Of a stretch of 64,000 bases of DNA, positions 29,347 through 39,307 are shown piece by piece. The DNA comes from an uncultured Bacteroidales bacterium. GTDB lineage: Bacteria; Bacteroidota; Bacteroidia; Bacteroidales; CAIXTV01. The DNA is taken from positions 2,059-66,058 of the forward strand of contig CAZJBB010000001.1 in assembly GCA_964543995.1 (NCBI GenBank). Direction: 5' to 3'. A model generated the notes under the pieces. The model searched no databases, was not told where the DNA came from, and worked only from the letters and a program-made list of their open reading frames with translations. Positions within the stretch are counted from its first letter, which is position 1, and each line of letters opens with the position of its first letter. The position numbers and the translations under genes were made by a program.

Positions 29347-32300
29347 CAAATTGCTGGTTGAAGCCCCATCACCAAAACTCCAAGTTTGATTTAACAAAGT
29401 TCCACCAGCCAAATTACTGGAATCAGAAAAAGTGGTTAGGCTTCCTAAACAATGATTAACGGAAGAAAAATTAGCCACTGGTAATGGATACACTGTTGTA
29501 GTATGAGAAATTGCAGCAGTACATCCTTTGCTATCTGTGACTTGCAAGATGGTATTAAACGAACCGGAAACGGAATATTGATGTGTTGGTTGGATCATAC
29601 TAGAGCTTGATCCATCTCCAAAAGTCCAGTTCAAATTGGAAATATTTGCTCCACCAAAGGCCATAGAAGTTTGTATAAATTGTGCAGAATTGTACAAACA
29701 AACCGGACTTACTGAAAATTGTGGCAAAGGAAGGGTGTCAACTGAAACCGATTGTATTAAAGTATCGATACATCCTTTTGCATTGGTAACGGTTAAAGAC
29801 ACATTGTGGATACCCGGAGATGTAAATGTGTGGTTTGGATTCTGCAAAATACTGGTACTTCCATCTCCAAAATTCCAATTCCAAGAAATATTCATACTTC
29901 CATGAGATATTGAGGCATCTGTGAAATGAGTAGGGGTGTTGGCACAAACGGTATCAGCATAGAAGTGTATTTCGGGTAGTGAATCGAAAATAAAACTTTT
30001 GGTAACCGTTGAAATGCAATTAAGGGCGTTGTTCACCGTGAGTTGGATATTATAGGTCCCAACCATACCATAACCGGTAACCGGATTTTGTAGAGTTGAA
30101 GTCATCCCATTCCCAAAATCCCAAAACCAACTTGTTATTGGAAATCCTAAACCGTTTGTTGAATCCAAAAGCAAAGTAGGCTGCCCCAAGCAAGAGGGGA
30201 CTATAGAAAAATTAGCTAAAGGATGTGGGTATACGGTAACAGCTTGAGTGATTTGGTTTGAGCAACCATTATTATCCGTTACTTTTAATACGGTATTGAT
30301 AAGCCCTGAAGTATCAAAAACATGAGTAGGATTTTGAACCGTAGCGTTTGCATTAAGTCCAAATGTCCAATTCCATTGGCTTATTGGAGCACCATGAGTG
30401 ATTGAGCTTTCTTGGAAACTTGTAGGAACACCTCTACAAACAACGTCTGAGGTAAAAGCAGGTGAGGGGAGAGAGTCAACCCAAACATTTCCAGTTATGG
30501 TATCAGAGCATCCATTTAAGTTAAAAACAATAAACTTAACACTATGTGACCCAGGAGCAACATATACATGAGTCGGGTTCTGATGAATGGTATCAATTGA
30601 GTTGTCACCAAATGACCATTTCCATTTATACAGAATACTACCCCCTTGTAGATTTGATATGTCACTAAAATGAGTTGGATTACCTAAACAAACCGTATCA
30701 AAGGTGAACTGTGCATCAGGGATCGGATTTACTGTATTGGTATGCGAAATGGTATCAAGGCAACCGTATTGGTCACCAACAATGAGAGTGGTTATATAAG
30801 CTCCGGGGTTATTGTAAGTATGTCCTGGATTTTGTGAAGTAGCTGAAGGGGTTCCATCACCAAAATTCCATAAATATGAAGTAATGACTCCGTTAGAAGT
30901 AGTTGATTGGCTGGTAAAACTGACTTGCATGTTTGATGCACAACTTAAGGAGGAAGTTATTGCAAATGCAGCATTGGGTTGTTGGCGGATAATTACATTT
31001 TTAGAAATGGAATCAGTGCACCCCATTGAGTTTGTTAAAATTAACCTTGCTACAAAAGTTCCGCTTGAATTATATTGGTGAGAAGGATTGGTTAGTGTGG
31101 AAGTGGCTCCATCTCCAAATTTCCAAAGTCGTGAAATTATCGGATATGTTGAACTACTCATATCGGTAAACTGAGTTATGGTGCCCAAGCAAGTATTTGT
31201 GTAACTGAAGTTTGGGGAGGGTTTCAAATAAATAATTACCAAACGAGAAATCGTACTAGTACACCCGCTGGTTCCTGTAACGTGTAGGGTCACGGTATAA
31301 TTTCCTCCAACCGCATAAGTATGATTTGGGCTTTGCTGAGTCGAAGTAGTACCGTCGCCAAACTGCCAGAGCCATGAAAGTATGGGTCCTCCACTTGTAG
31401 TAGAGGAATCGGTAAAATGAATTTGAACTCCTGCGCAATTACTTGTAAAGTTAAAGTTTGCCGTTGTTTTAACAACTACTATTTTTAGTGTTGTATCAGT
31501 TGTACCACATCCATAAGTTGAGGAATTTGCTGCCGTGAGCTTTACATAATATACTCCTGGGTTCAGGTAGGTGTGTGATACATTAGGTGTTGGATTGATT
31601 GAAGTACCAAGTATTGGACCTGCTTGAGTTCCATCACCAAAATCCCAATAATAGAAAGTAGCTGGATTAGCAGCACAAAAATTTGGATGTGATTGATTTA
31701 TAAATGTTGTAGGGCTATTAGCACATGTGGTATCTGCACTCAGTGCAAAAACAGCGACCGGTTTTTTATAGATACTGATTGGATAATACACTTGATAACT
31801 TGAACCACAACTATTTATTGTTGATAACCGGATCATAAAAGCAGAATTATTACCAGCAGAATCGCATGTTGGATGAGAATAGGTGTGATATAATGTATCT
31901 CCGGGCAAGCGACCCACAGGAAGTGAATCTACTTGGTAGTCTCCCCACGTAATGTAAGTTAAAGTTGTAGGAGTGATATTTGAGCTTGTATTTATTATAC
32001 TTAGCGTTAAAGGAGTACAGCCCACGTTAGTACCGGAAATGGGAGGGGTAAATTCAGCAACAGGATTGCTAATAATAGAAAGTGTATCTATTGTAGAACT
32101 TACGCACCCGTTTAAACCAACAGCAGAAAACTCCACATGATAATAACCTGTGCTTGTATAAAAGTTCGAGATTGAAGTAGTCATGGTAAAAGGTGTAACC
32201 ACATTTTGTGGTCCTAAACCTTGATCCCAGTTAACTGTGAAATGCGAAATAGTATTTGTGTCTGAATAATTATAAACTTTTACTTCAATAGGAAGAGCTT

Positions 32301-32712
32301 CTATTGAAGGAAGGCATATGTGAAAATTACTGGATTGCCAATAATACGTATTTGGTCTTTGTTTTACTTTTATAAGCATCGAAAATGAAGATGAACAATT
32401 ATGTATTGTGTCAGTAGATAATAAAGTCACATGATAGTAATTGAAACTTCCCCCAACATTATCAGGAAAAATATGACTAGGACTAGAGGCCGTAGAAGTA
32501 GTTCCATCCCCAAAAGTCCAAATATACTTCAAACTTACTCCCATTGAGGTATTATTGAAGGTGACAGGTAAACCTGAACAAACTATGGTATCTGACGCAG
32601 TAAACCCGGTGCTTGGAGGGCATTGGGCTTCTGACATCACGGAAATTAATAAAAAAGAGAAGGCTAAAAAGAATTTAATTCCTTGAAATAAACATAATTG
32701 TATCGTTTTCAT
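29344..32712 (-). CDS. PKD-repeat surface protein, N-terminal part (signal peptide plus about 13 PKD-like modules), ends at the in-frame TAA
   Basis: 1122 aa. Signal peptide MKTIQLCLFQGIKFFLAFSFLLISVMSEAQC. Repeated FGDG...NP-H-Y...GC-D modules. No C-terminal sorting domain. Confidence 0.8.
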   Translation of the reverse strand: MKTIQLCLFQGIKFFLAFSFLLISVMSEAQCPPSTGFTASDTIVCSGLPVTFNNTSMGVSLKYIWTFGDGTTSTASSPSHIFPDNVGGSFNYYHVTLLSTDTIHNCSSSFSMLIKVKQRPNTYYWQSSNFHICLPSIEALPIEVKVYNYSDTNTISHFTVNWDQGLGPQNVVTPFTMTTSISNFYTSTGYYHVEFSAVGLNGCVSSTIDTLSIISNPVAEFTPPISGTNVGCTPLTLSIINTSSNITPTTLTYITWGDYQVDSLPVGRLPGDTLYHTYSHPTCDSAGNNSAFMIRLSTINSCGSSYQVYYPISIYKKPVAVFALSADTTCANSPTTFINQSHPNFCAANPATFYYWDFGDGTQAGPILGTSINPTPNVSHTYLNPGVYYVKLTAANSSTYGCGTTDTTLKIVVVKTTANFNFTSNCAGVQIHFTDSSTTSGGPILSWLWQFGDGTTSTQQSPNHTYAVGGNYTVTLHVTGTSGCTSTISRLVIIYLKPSPNFSYTNTCLGTITQFTDMSSSTYPIISRLWKFGDGATSTLTNPSHQYNSSGTFVARLILTNSMGCTDSISKNVIIRQQPNAAFAITSSLSCASNMQVSFTSQSTTSNGVITSYLWNFGDGTPSATSQNPGHTYNNPGAYITTLIVGDQYGCLDTISHTNTVNPIPDAQFTFDTVCLGNPTHFSDISNLQGGSILYKWKWSFGDNSIDTIHQNPTHVYVAPGSHSVKFIVFNLNGCSDTITGNVWVDSLPSPAFTSDVVCRGVPTSFQESSITHGAPISQWNWTFGLNANATVQNPTHVFDTSGLINTVLKVTDNNGCSNQITQAVTVYPHPLANFSIVPSCLGQPTLLLDSTNGLGFPITSWFWDFGNGMTSTLQNPVTGYGMVGTYNIQLTVNNALNCISTVTKSFIFDSLPEIHFYADTVCANTPTHFTDASISHGSMNISWNWNFGDGSTSILQNPNHTFTSPGIHNVSLTVTNAKGCIDTLIQSVSVDTLPLPQFSVSPVCLYNSAQFIQTSMAFGGANISNLNWTFGDGSSSSMIQPTHQYSVSGSFNTILQVTDSKGCTAAISHTTTVYPLPVANFSSVNHCLGSLTTFSDSSNLAGGTLLNQTWSFGDGASTSNL

Positions 32713-33092
32713 AGTACCTTTAAATATTAGATTTATTAATGAATTATTATCAATAATAATGGATTATTAGGTATAACAAATGTAAATTTCAAGGTTACTT
32801 ATAAACGTTATCTAGAAGTTAAAACCAGTCTTTTAAGCCGTTTAGAATGATTCTAAATAATTTTAAATTCCTTTAATTATCAGGCCTTTTGATAAATGGG
32901 ATGTGGAGGCTATCAATGAATTTTGGTTACGAATTTTTGGAAATATTTACTTGTAATACTGAATAAATTATCCAAGCTTACTTCAATAATTATTACAACT
33001 TTTTATAGCAATGACTATAAATACAGCAAAAATCGAAGTTCGACAAATATTTTTGTTAAATTTTAAATACTTTCGAAAATTTATCCGAAAAT

Positions 33093-34241
33093 TTATTGTT
33101 CTTTGACATTTAAAACATCTCTCAACTGATTGCCAATCACCATAAAAGCAAGAACTATAAACATAATGGCTAAGCCAGGAATAAAAGCCAAATAAGCGGA
33201 ATCCAAAATAATAAAACGGTAATTTTCTTTAATCATCATACCCCAAGAAGGAATGGGAGGTTGTATTCCAATTCCTAAAAAACTAAGGCCAGCCTCAATG
33301 AGAATCGCAGATGCGAAATTTGCCGCGGATAGAATAATGATGGAAGAGGTAATATTAGGGAGGATGTGTTTGAAAATAATCCTGCTGTTTTTATACCCCA
33401 GAGCTCTGGCAGCCTCTACGTACTCAAGTTCTCTGATACTGATAATTTGACCGCGAACAACACGTGCTACTTCAACCCACATGGTTAATCCAATAGCGAT
33501 AAATACTTGCCAAAATCCTTTTCCAAGAGCAAAAGTGATAGCAATAACCAAAAGTAAGGTGGGGATGGACCAAACTACATTAATAAACCACATGATTAAA
33601 TTGTCGATCCAGCCTTTAAAATATCCGGCAAGAGAACCTAACAAAACACCTACAAAAAGGGATATCATCACTGAAATGATCCCTACCGATAAACTCACCC
33701 TTGCACCAATAATTAACTGGCTTAAGTAATCTCTGCCAAAGGAATCAGTACCTAACCAAAATGTTTTTTTTACTATATGTTCTTCAATAAGTTTTTGTTT
33801 AGGATATCCTTTGTCATGCGTAGATATTTTTGAAAAAGGAATGCTTTGAGTACTACTTTTAGCAACAGTTTCATCAGAATATGGTCTGTATTCAATGGTT
33901 GAATCAGTAATTTGATATGATTCAATAGGAATTAATTTTTTATTTGATTTTTCACCAAAAAGCATCTTTTTGAAGAAAAAGCTTTCTGTATTAGGTTCAT
34001 TTCCATCTATCTCTAGAAATGTAATAAAGAACCCCGGCTTTTGTGTCGCTATTTCTAGAATTTGCGTATTGGCATAGGGGGTGGAATCCGGAGTAATTGC
34101 ATAGCCCAAAACGGCAAGCAGAAACACAATACCAATAAAAATCACCGAAATTAGGCTGGTTTTATGTCGCAAAAATTTCATTACAGCGGATGTATTTAGG
34201 GTATCTGCCGAAACAATTTGCTTTTTCTTAAATAACCTCAT
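33093..34241 (-). CDS. ABC transporter permease, DppC/OppC family
   Basis: 382 aa. LGTDSFGRDYLSQL and the EAA loop YVEAARALGYKNSRIIFKHILPN. No partner ABC genes are adjacent. Confidence 0.85.
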   Translation of the reverse strand: MRLFKKKQIVSADTLNTSAVMKFLRHKTSLISVIFIGIVFLLAVLGYAITPDSTPYANTQILEIATQKPGFFITFLEIDGNEPNTESFFFKKMLFGEKSNKKLIPIESYQITDSTIEYRPYSDETVAKSSTQSIPFSKISTHDKGYPKQKLIEEHIVKKTFWLGTDSFGRDYLSQLIIGARVSLSVGIISVMISLFVGVLLGSLAGYFKGWIDNLIMWFINVVWSIPTLLLVIAITFALGKGFWQVFIAIGLTMWVEVARVVRGQIISIRELEYVEAARALGYKNSRIIFKHILPNITSSIIILSAANFASAILIEAGLSFLGIGIQPPIPSWGMMIKENYRFIILDSAYLAFIPGLAIMFIVLAFMVIGNQLRDVLNVKEQ

Positions 34242-34362
34242 TCAACCTAATCTTTAACATGAATTATTTTCAGACAAAAATAGGATTATTTCTTTTGGTT
34301 ACCTTTGCAAAATAAAATTGAAATTCTTTAGTTTAAAACATACTAACTTCAATTTAATCCAA

Positions 34363-35214
34363 ATGAAACGAATAAACTGCATTCTAATTTTATTTTTAAT
34401 TTTTTCAAGCACAATATTGAAAGCCCAAACTCAATTTGCCAATGAAGCTCAATTGAAGTCTTTCCCTTCTACCACTACCTATGTTGTTATGGAGGATACC
34501 CAACTTTCCTTATTCAATAACAGCATCACAGATTTAATGAAGAAACTTTGGACGATTACACCCTTTAAAGTGATCTCCGCCCAAGAATTTAATAAGCTGA
34601 ATAAGAGCCCTCAGAATTCATTTATCTACATTTCTCTTGCTCAGCTTACGAAATATGGAAAAGCTGACAACGACAACATTTACAATATCTTGAATTTAAT
34701 TTTAGGGGATAAGTCAGGGGACATTAACAAAATGCCGGATTTAGGTTCTATACCCCTTTCTTATGAAGAAGACAACGAAGGTTATGTCTACAAATTAGGC
34801 GGTTTGCTTTTGGCAATGCAATATTACGTCAATTATAAAATTCAAAACCCTAAGGACAAAATTGAAGATTTGGCTAAAAAATATGTAGCCGAAGTAAAAA
34901 GCAAAGAACTCTGGTTATTAGCTACTGATATGGCTTCTGAAGTCAATACCTTAGATAAAATTAAAAAAGTTTATCCTTATCAGGTAAAACTGGTAAGTGA
35001 AGAAGAAATTGAGAAGGCCATTGATTTAAAAAATCCAAACGTTGCCATCCTTCATAAAATTGGCCCGGCTGAAACCTCCAAAAATGGGGGGCAATGCTGG
35101 AAGTTTATCATCTCTTTAAAAGAGGGTAAACCCTTATACTTCGACCAACACAAAATAGACAATTCTCATCCCAATGGCTTACTGATAGAGGATTTTAAGA
35201 ACTTCGCAAAATAA
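34363..35214 (+). CDS. secreted hypothetical protein
   Basis: 283 aa from the ATG at 34363, with signal peptide MKRINCILILFLIFSSTILKAQ. A TACCTTTG -7 box at 34300-34307 argues against the 34318 start. Confidence 0.55.
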   Translation: MKRINCILILFLIFSSTILKAQTQFANEAQLKSFPSTTTYVVMEDTQLSLFNNSITDLMKKLWTITPFKVISAQEFNKLNKSPQNSFIYISLAQLTKYGKADNDNIYNILNLILGDKSGDINKMPDLGSIPLSYEEDNEGYVYKLGGLLLAMQYYVNYKIQNPKDKIEDLAKKYVAEVKSKELWLLATDMASEVNTLDKIKKVYPYQVKLVSEEEIEKAIDLKNPNVAILHKIGPAETSKNGGQCWKFIISLKEGKPLYFDQHKIDNSHPNGLLIEDFKNFAK

Positions 35215-35233
35215 TATAAATTAAACTCATAAC

Positions 35234-36910
35234 ATGGCAGACGACAAGAAAATTATTTTTTCAATGGTGGATGTAAGTAAAATATTTCCACCCAACAAAA
35301 CAGTATTAAGCAATATTTATCTTTCCTTTTATTATGGAGCAAAAATAGGTGTAATTGGGTTGAATGGCTCAGGGAAATCCACCCTATTGAAAATTATTGC
35401 AGGTCTCGAAAAATCTTTTTTAGGGGAAGTGGTTTTTTCTCCGGGTTATAGCATTGGATTTTTATCGCAAGAACCGGAATTGGACGATTCTAAAACGGTT
35501 AAAGAAATTGTTCAGGAAGGGGTTCAACCCATTGTAGACATGCTAAAAGAATATGAAGAAGTAAATAATCGTTTTGCTGAACCCATGTCCGATGATGAAA
35601 TGGATAAGTTAATTAACCGCCAGGGTGAATTGACTGAATTGATTGAACAACATGACGCTTGGGAACTCGATACCAAACTCGAACGAGCCATGGATGCATT
35701 GCAATGTCCGGAGGGAGATTGCTTAGTTAAAACCTTATCAGGAGGAGAAAGAAGAAGAGTCGCTTTATGTCGCCTTTTACTTTCTGAACCTGATATTTTA
35801 TTATTAGATGAACCTACCAACCATTTAGATGCAGAATCTATAGAATGGCTTGAACAACATTTGAAACAATATAAAGGAACGGTTATCGCCGTTACCCACG
35901 ATAGGTATTTCTTAGATAATGTTGCCGGTTGGATTTTAGAACTCGACCGTGGGATAGGAATTCCCTGGCAAGGAAATTATTCTTCTTGGTTAGATCAAAA
36001 AACCAAAAGAATGGCCATGGAAGAAAAATTCGAAACCAAGCATAAGAAGACCTTGGAACGGGAGCTGGAATGGGTAAGAATGTCACCCAAAGCCCGCCAT
36101 GCCAAAGGGAAGGCCCGTTTATCGGCTTATGAAAGACTGCTCGACGAAGATATCAAACAAAAAGAAGAACGCTTGGAAATATACATTCCCAATGGTCCTC
36201 GATTGGGTGATAAAGTTATTATTGCCGAAAACGTAACTAAAGCATTTGATGATAAAATTCTATATGAAAATCTTTCGTTTTCATTGCCACCTGCCGGTAT
36301 TGTTGGAGTAATAGGGCCCAATGGGGCGGGAAAAACCACCCTATTCCGATTAATTATGGGCATGGATACCCCTAACGAGGGTACCTTTACCACTGGCGAA
36401 ACCGTAAAAGTAGCATACATTGATCAGGCTCATTCTGAAATTGATCCCGAAAAAAACGTTTGGGAAGTCATTTCGGAAGGTAACGAACAAATGCAATTGG
36501 GAGGCAGACTGGTGAATTCTAGGGCTTACGTTGCACGTTTTAATTTTAGTGGTGCCGATCAAGGTAAAAAATCGGGTGTGCTCTCCGGTGGAGAAAGAAA
36601 CCGTATGCATTTAGCACTGACCCTCAAATCAGAAGCCAATGTGCTTTTGCTCGATGAGCCTACGAATGACATTGATGTGAACACCTTACGAGCATTGGAA
36701 GAGGGACTTGAAAATTTTGCCGGTTGTGCAGTTATTATTTCTCATGATCGTTGGTTCCTAGATAGAGTGGCTACCCATATTTTAGCCTTTGAAGGGAATG
36801 CTCAAGTGTATTTCTTCGAAGGTTCGTATTCTGAGTATGAAGAAAACAAGAAAAAACGATTGGGCGATACGTCACAAAAGAAATTCCGGTATAAAAAACT
36901 GATTCATTAA
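35234..36910 (+). CDS. ettA: energy-dependent translational throttle ABC-F protein
   Basis: 558 aa. Two ABC cassettes (GLNGSGKST/LSGGERRR and GPNGAGKTT/LSGGERNR) and an EttA-like N-terminus. Confidence 0.95.
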   Translation: MADDKKIIFSMVDVSKIFPPNKTVLSNIYLSFYYGAKIGVIGLNGSGKSTLLKIIAGLEKSFLGEVVFSPGYSIGFLSQEPELDDSKTVKEIVQEGVQPIVDMLKEYEEVNNRFAEPMSDDEMDKLINRQGELTELIEQHDAWELDTKLERAMDALQCPEGDCLVKTLSGGERRRVALCRLLLSEPDILLLDEPTNHLDAESIEWLEQHLKQYKGTVIAVTHDRYFLDNVAGWILELDRGIGIPWQGNYSSWLDQKTKRMAMEEKFETKHKKTLERELEWVRMSPKARHAKGKARLSAYERLLDEDIKQKEERLEIYIPNGPRLGDKVIIAENVTKAFDDKILYENLSFSLPPAGIVGVIGPNGAGKTTLFRLIMGMDTPNEGTFTTGETVKVAYIDQAHSEIDPEKNVWEVISEGNEQMQLGGRLVNSRAYVARFNFSGADQGKKSGVLSGGERNRMHLALTLKSEANVLLLDEPTNDIDVNTLRALEEGLENFAGCAVIISHDRWFLDRVATHILAFEGNAQVYFFEGSYSEYEENKKKRLGDTSQKKFRYKKLIH

Positions 36911-36924
36911 TATCGATCTTTTGT

Positions 36925-37401
36925 ATGATAATAATTAACAAGGAAAGACTTGATGCACTTAGTAAAGTGGCCTCCGACAGTCCCAGGTTGCGAACCATAC
37001 ATTGTTTTCATGAGGGACCGGAAGACACCCTACAAAGAATGTTGAATGCCATTGAACCCAACAGTTATATTTGTCCTCACCGCCACTTGAACCCCGACAA
37101 AAGAGAAATTTTTCTTTTGGTAAGAGGAAGTGGAGCTGTTTTTACTTTTCATGATGATGGAAAAATATCCGAATTCTTCATTCTGGATGTTTCCCAGGGA
37201 AATTATGGGGTGGAAATTCCAATAGGAATTTGGCACACAGTAATTGCTTTAGAGCCGGAAACCGTATTTTATGAATTCAAAGACGGACCCTATGCTCCCA
37301 TTAATGATAAAGACTTTGCCCCTTGGGCGCCCCGAGAAGGAGAATCTGAAGTCGCTAACTACATAGATTATTTGACAAAACATTTAAATTTACAGTCCTA
37401 A
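36925..37401 (+). CDS. WbuC-family cupin fold protein
   Basis: 158 aa. SPRLRTIHCFHEGPEDTLQRMLNAIEPNSYICPHRH resembles the WbuC cupin family. Confidence 0.7.
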   Translation: MIIINKERLDALSKVASDSPRLRTIHCFHEGPEDTLQRMLNAIEPNSYICPHRHLNPDKREIFLLVRGSGAVFTFHDDGKISEFFILDVSQGNYGVEIPIGIWHTVIALEPETVFYEFKDGPYAPINDKDFAPWAPREGESEVANYIDYLTKHLNLQS

Positions 37402-38768
37402 TGGCCCTACAAAAATTTTCAGTACCCAAAGGAACCAGAGACTTTCTGCCCAAAGAATCGGCAAGAAGAAATTTTATTTTTTCTACCCTCAAAGACGTAT
37501 TTGAGCTTTTTGGATATCAGCCTATTGAAACTCCATCCATGGAGAACCTTTCAACTTTACTTGGAAAATATGGTGATGAAGGTGATAAATTGGTTTTTAG
37601 AATTTTAAATTCAGGAGATTTTTTAGGTCAGGCTAGCGATGAACACAAACTAAGCTCACAATCCTTACTTCCTCATATTACTGAAAAAGGCTTGCGATAT
37701 GACCTTACGGTTCCTTTTGCCCGTTTTGTTGTACAACACAGAGACCAATTGGTTTTCCCATTCAAACGTTTTCAGATTCAACCCGTTTGGCGTGCCGATC
37801 GGCCTCAAAAAGGCAGGTACCGTGAGTTTTATCAATGCGACGTAGATGTCATCGGAAGCAATTCTTTGCTCAATGAGGTTGAACTCATTCGCATCATCAC
37901 CGAAGTTTTCAAACGACTTCATGTGAATGTAAAAATCCACATCAATAATCGGAAAATTTTAGCCGGTATTGTTGAAGCATTAAACCTTTCTGATCGGTTG
38001 ACAGACATTACAGTGGCAATTGATAAATTGGATAAAATAGGAATTGAAAAAGTAAACGAGGAATTGAGATCCAAAGGGATTGGGGAAGAAGCCATTACAA
38101 AATTGCAACCTATTTTTATACTGGATGGTTCTCATAGTGAGAAAATCAAGTCCATTTCCAATCTGATTTCAAGTTCTGAAATTGGAATGAAGGGCGTGGA
38201 AGAAATGCATGCCTTATGGCAATATCTAAATTCCCTTGATGCCTGCGACCCGGTAATTTTTGATTTATCTTTAGCCAGAGGGCTAAACTATTACACCGGA
38301 ACCATTCTCGAGGTAAGAGCTTCCGATGTTCAAATGGGAAGCATTTGCGGAGGTGGACGATACGATAATTTGACCGGAATATTTGGCTTACCGGATGTTT
38401 CCGGCGTAGGCATTTCTTTCGGTGCCGATCGTATTTATGATGTTATGAATGAATTGAATGTATTTCCGGAACAACAAGAAAGTTCCACCAAAGTCTTATT
38501 GGTCAACTTTGGTGGCAAAGAAGCCGATTTTGCATTGGGATTACTTGAAAAAATACGCAGTATGAATATTGCATCGGAATTATACCCTGATACTGTTAAA
38601 ATCGGGAAACAATTTGCCTATGCCGACAACAAAAAGATTCAATTTGTTGTTATAGCCGGAAGCAACGAAATTGAAAACGGAACCCTTTCCATTAAAAACA
38701 TGAAATCCGGTGAGCAAAAAACCGTTTCAATACACGAAGGCATACAATTCATATCCTCGTCAATTTAA
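37401..38768 (+). CDS. hisS: histidine--tRNA ligase
   Basis: 455 aa. Class II aaRS motifs FRILNSGD..., RYREFYQCDVDVIG and GGGRYDNL. Confidence 0.95.
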   Translation: MALQKFSVPKGTRDFLPKESARRNFIFSTLKDVFELFGYQPIETPSMENLSTLLGKYGDEGDKLVFRILNSGDFLGQASDEHKLSSQSLLPHITEKGLRYDLTVPFARFVVQHRDQLVFPFKRFQIQPVWRADRPQKGRYREFYQCDVDVIGSNSLLNEVELIRIITEVFKRLHVNVKIHINNRKILAGIVEALNLSDRLTDITVAIDKLDKIGIEKVNEELRSKGIGEEAITKLQPIFILDGSHSEKIKSISNLISSSEIGMKGVEEMHALWQYLNSLDACDPVIFDLSLARGLNYYTGTILEVRASDVQMGSICGGGRYDNLTGIFGLPDVSGVGISFGADRIYDVMNELNVFPEQQESSTKVLLVNFGGKEADFALGLLEKIRSMNIASELYPDTVKIGKQFAYADNKKIQFVVIAGSNEIENGTLSIKNMKSGEQKTVSIHEGIQFISSSI

Positions 38769-38782
38769 AATCCAACTCCATT

Positions 38783-39307
38783 ATGTCGTTTTTCAAATAT
38801 TTTAAATTCTTGTTTTTCATTGGTTTATTGGAGATTTCTTTGCCAATATTCTCGCAGCAATTAAACCAAAAAGAAACGGATACTAAATCTCCATCCGAAA
38901 TTCTCTCAGGAAAATGTACTCGAGGGGGTTTGAATTCCGGCGAGTTCACTGTACCTTATCAATATGCATACAGCCATTATGGAGTAGACAGCACCACCTT
39001 GGACATCATTAAAAGTCAAGTAGAAGATTTTACCGTTTCTATTATTATGGCTACTTGGTGTGATGATTCTAAAGTACAAGTTCCAAGGTTTCTTAAGATA
39101 TTGGATTATTTGCAATTGCCCGAAAAAAACATCAGCATTTTTTGTGTAAACAGATTGAAAACATCGAAATATATGGAAACTGAATCTTATAAAATAGAAA
39201 AGGTTCCCACTTTTATCATTTATAAAAACACCTTTGAGGTGGGTCGAATCATTGAGTCTCCAAAAACCACTCTAGAAAAGGACTTACTCCAAATCTTACT
39301 AAAATAA
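38783..39307 (+). CDS. secreted thioredoxin-fold protein with monothiol WCDDS motif
   Basis: 174 aa with a signal peptide. IIMATWCDDSKVQVPRF occupies the thioredoxin active-site position, and VPTFIIY is the cis-Pro loop region. Confidence 0.65.
   Translation: MSFFKYFKFLFFIGLLEISLPIFSQQLNQKETDTKSPSEILSGKCTRGGLNSGEFTVPYQYAYSHYGVDSTTLDIIKSQVEDFTVSIIMATWCDDSKVQVPRFLKILDYLQLPEKNISIFCVNRLKTSKYMETESYKIEKVPTFIIYKNTFEVGRIIESPKTTLEKDLLQILLK

Larger units (their letters stand above)
24964..32712 (-). pseudogene. alternative reading: one 2583-codon T9SS PKD adhesin gene with a single internal stop
   Basis: The 7749-nt span divides by 3. The two ORFs share a frame and the PKD module continues straight across the stop. 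Confidence 0.5.

Noticed and set aside
24964-32712. The ~240-nt periodicity could be taken for a CRISPR-like or satellite repeat array.
   Set aside because: The periodicity is at protein level (PKD modules) with diverged DNA. There are no short identical direct repeats separated by unique spacers.
32713-33092. The 380-bp AT-rich spacer upstream of the adhesin as a possible ncRNA or riboswitch.
   Set aside because: I found no convincing conserved stem-loops or known riboswitch cores by eye. There is only one -7-like box (TACATTTG on the minus strand, 32777-32784), so it is most simply a promoter and leader region.
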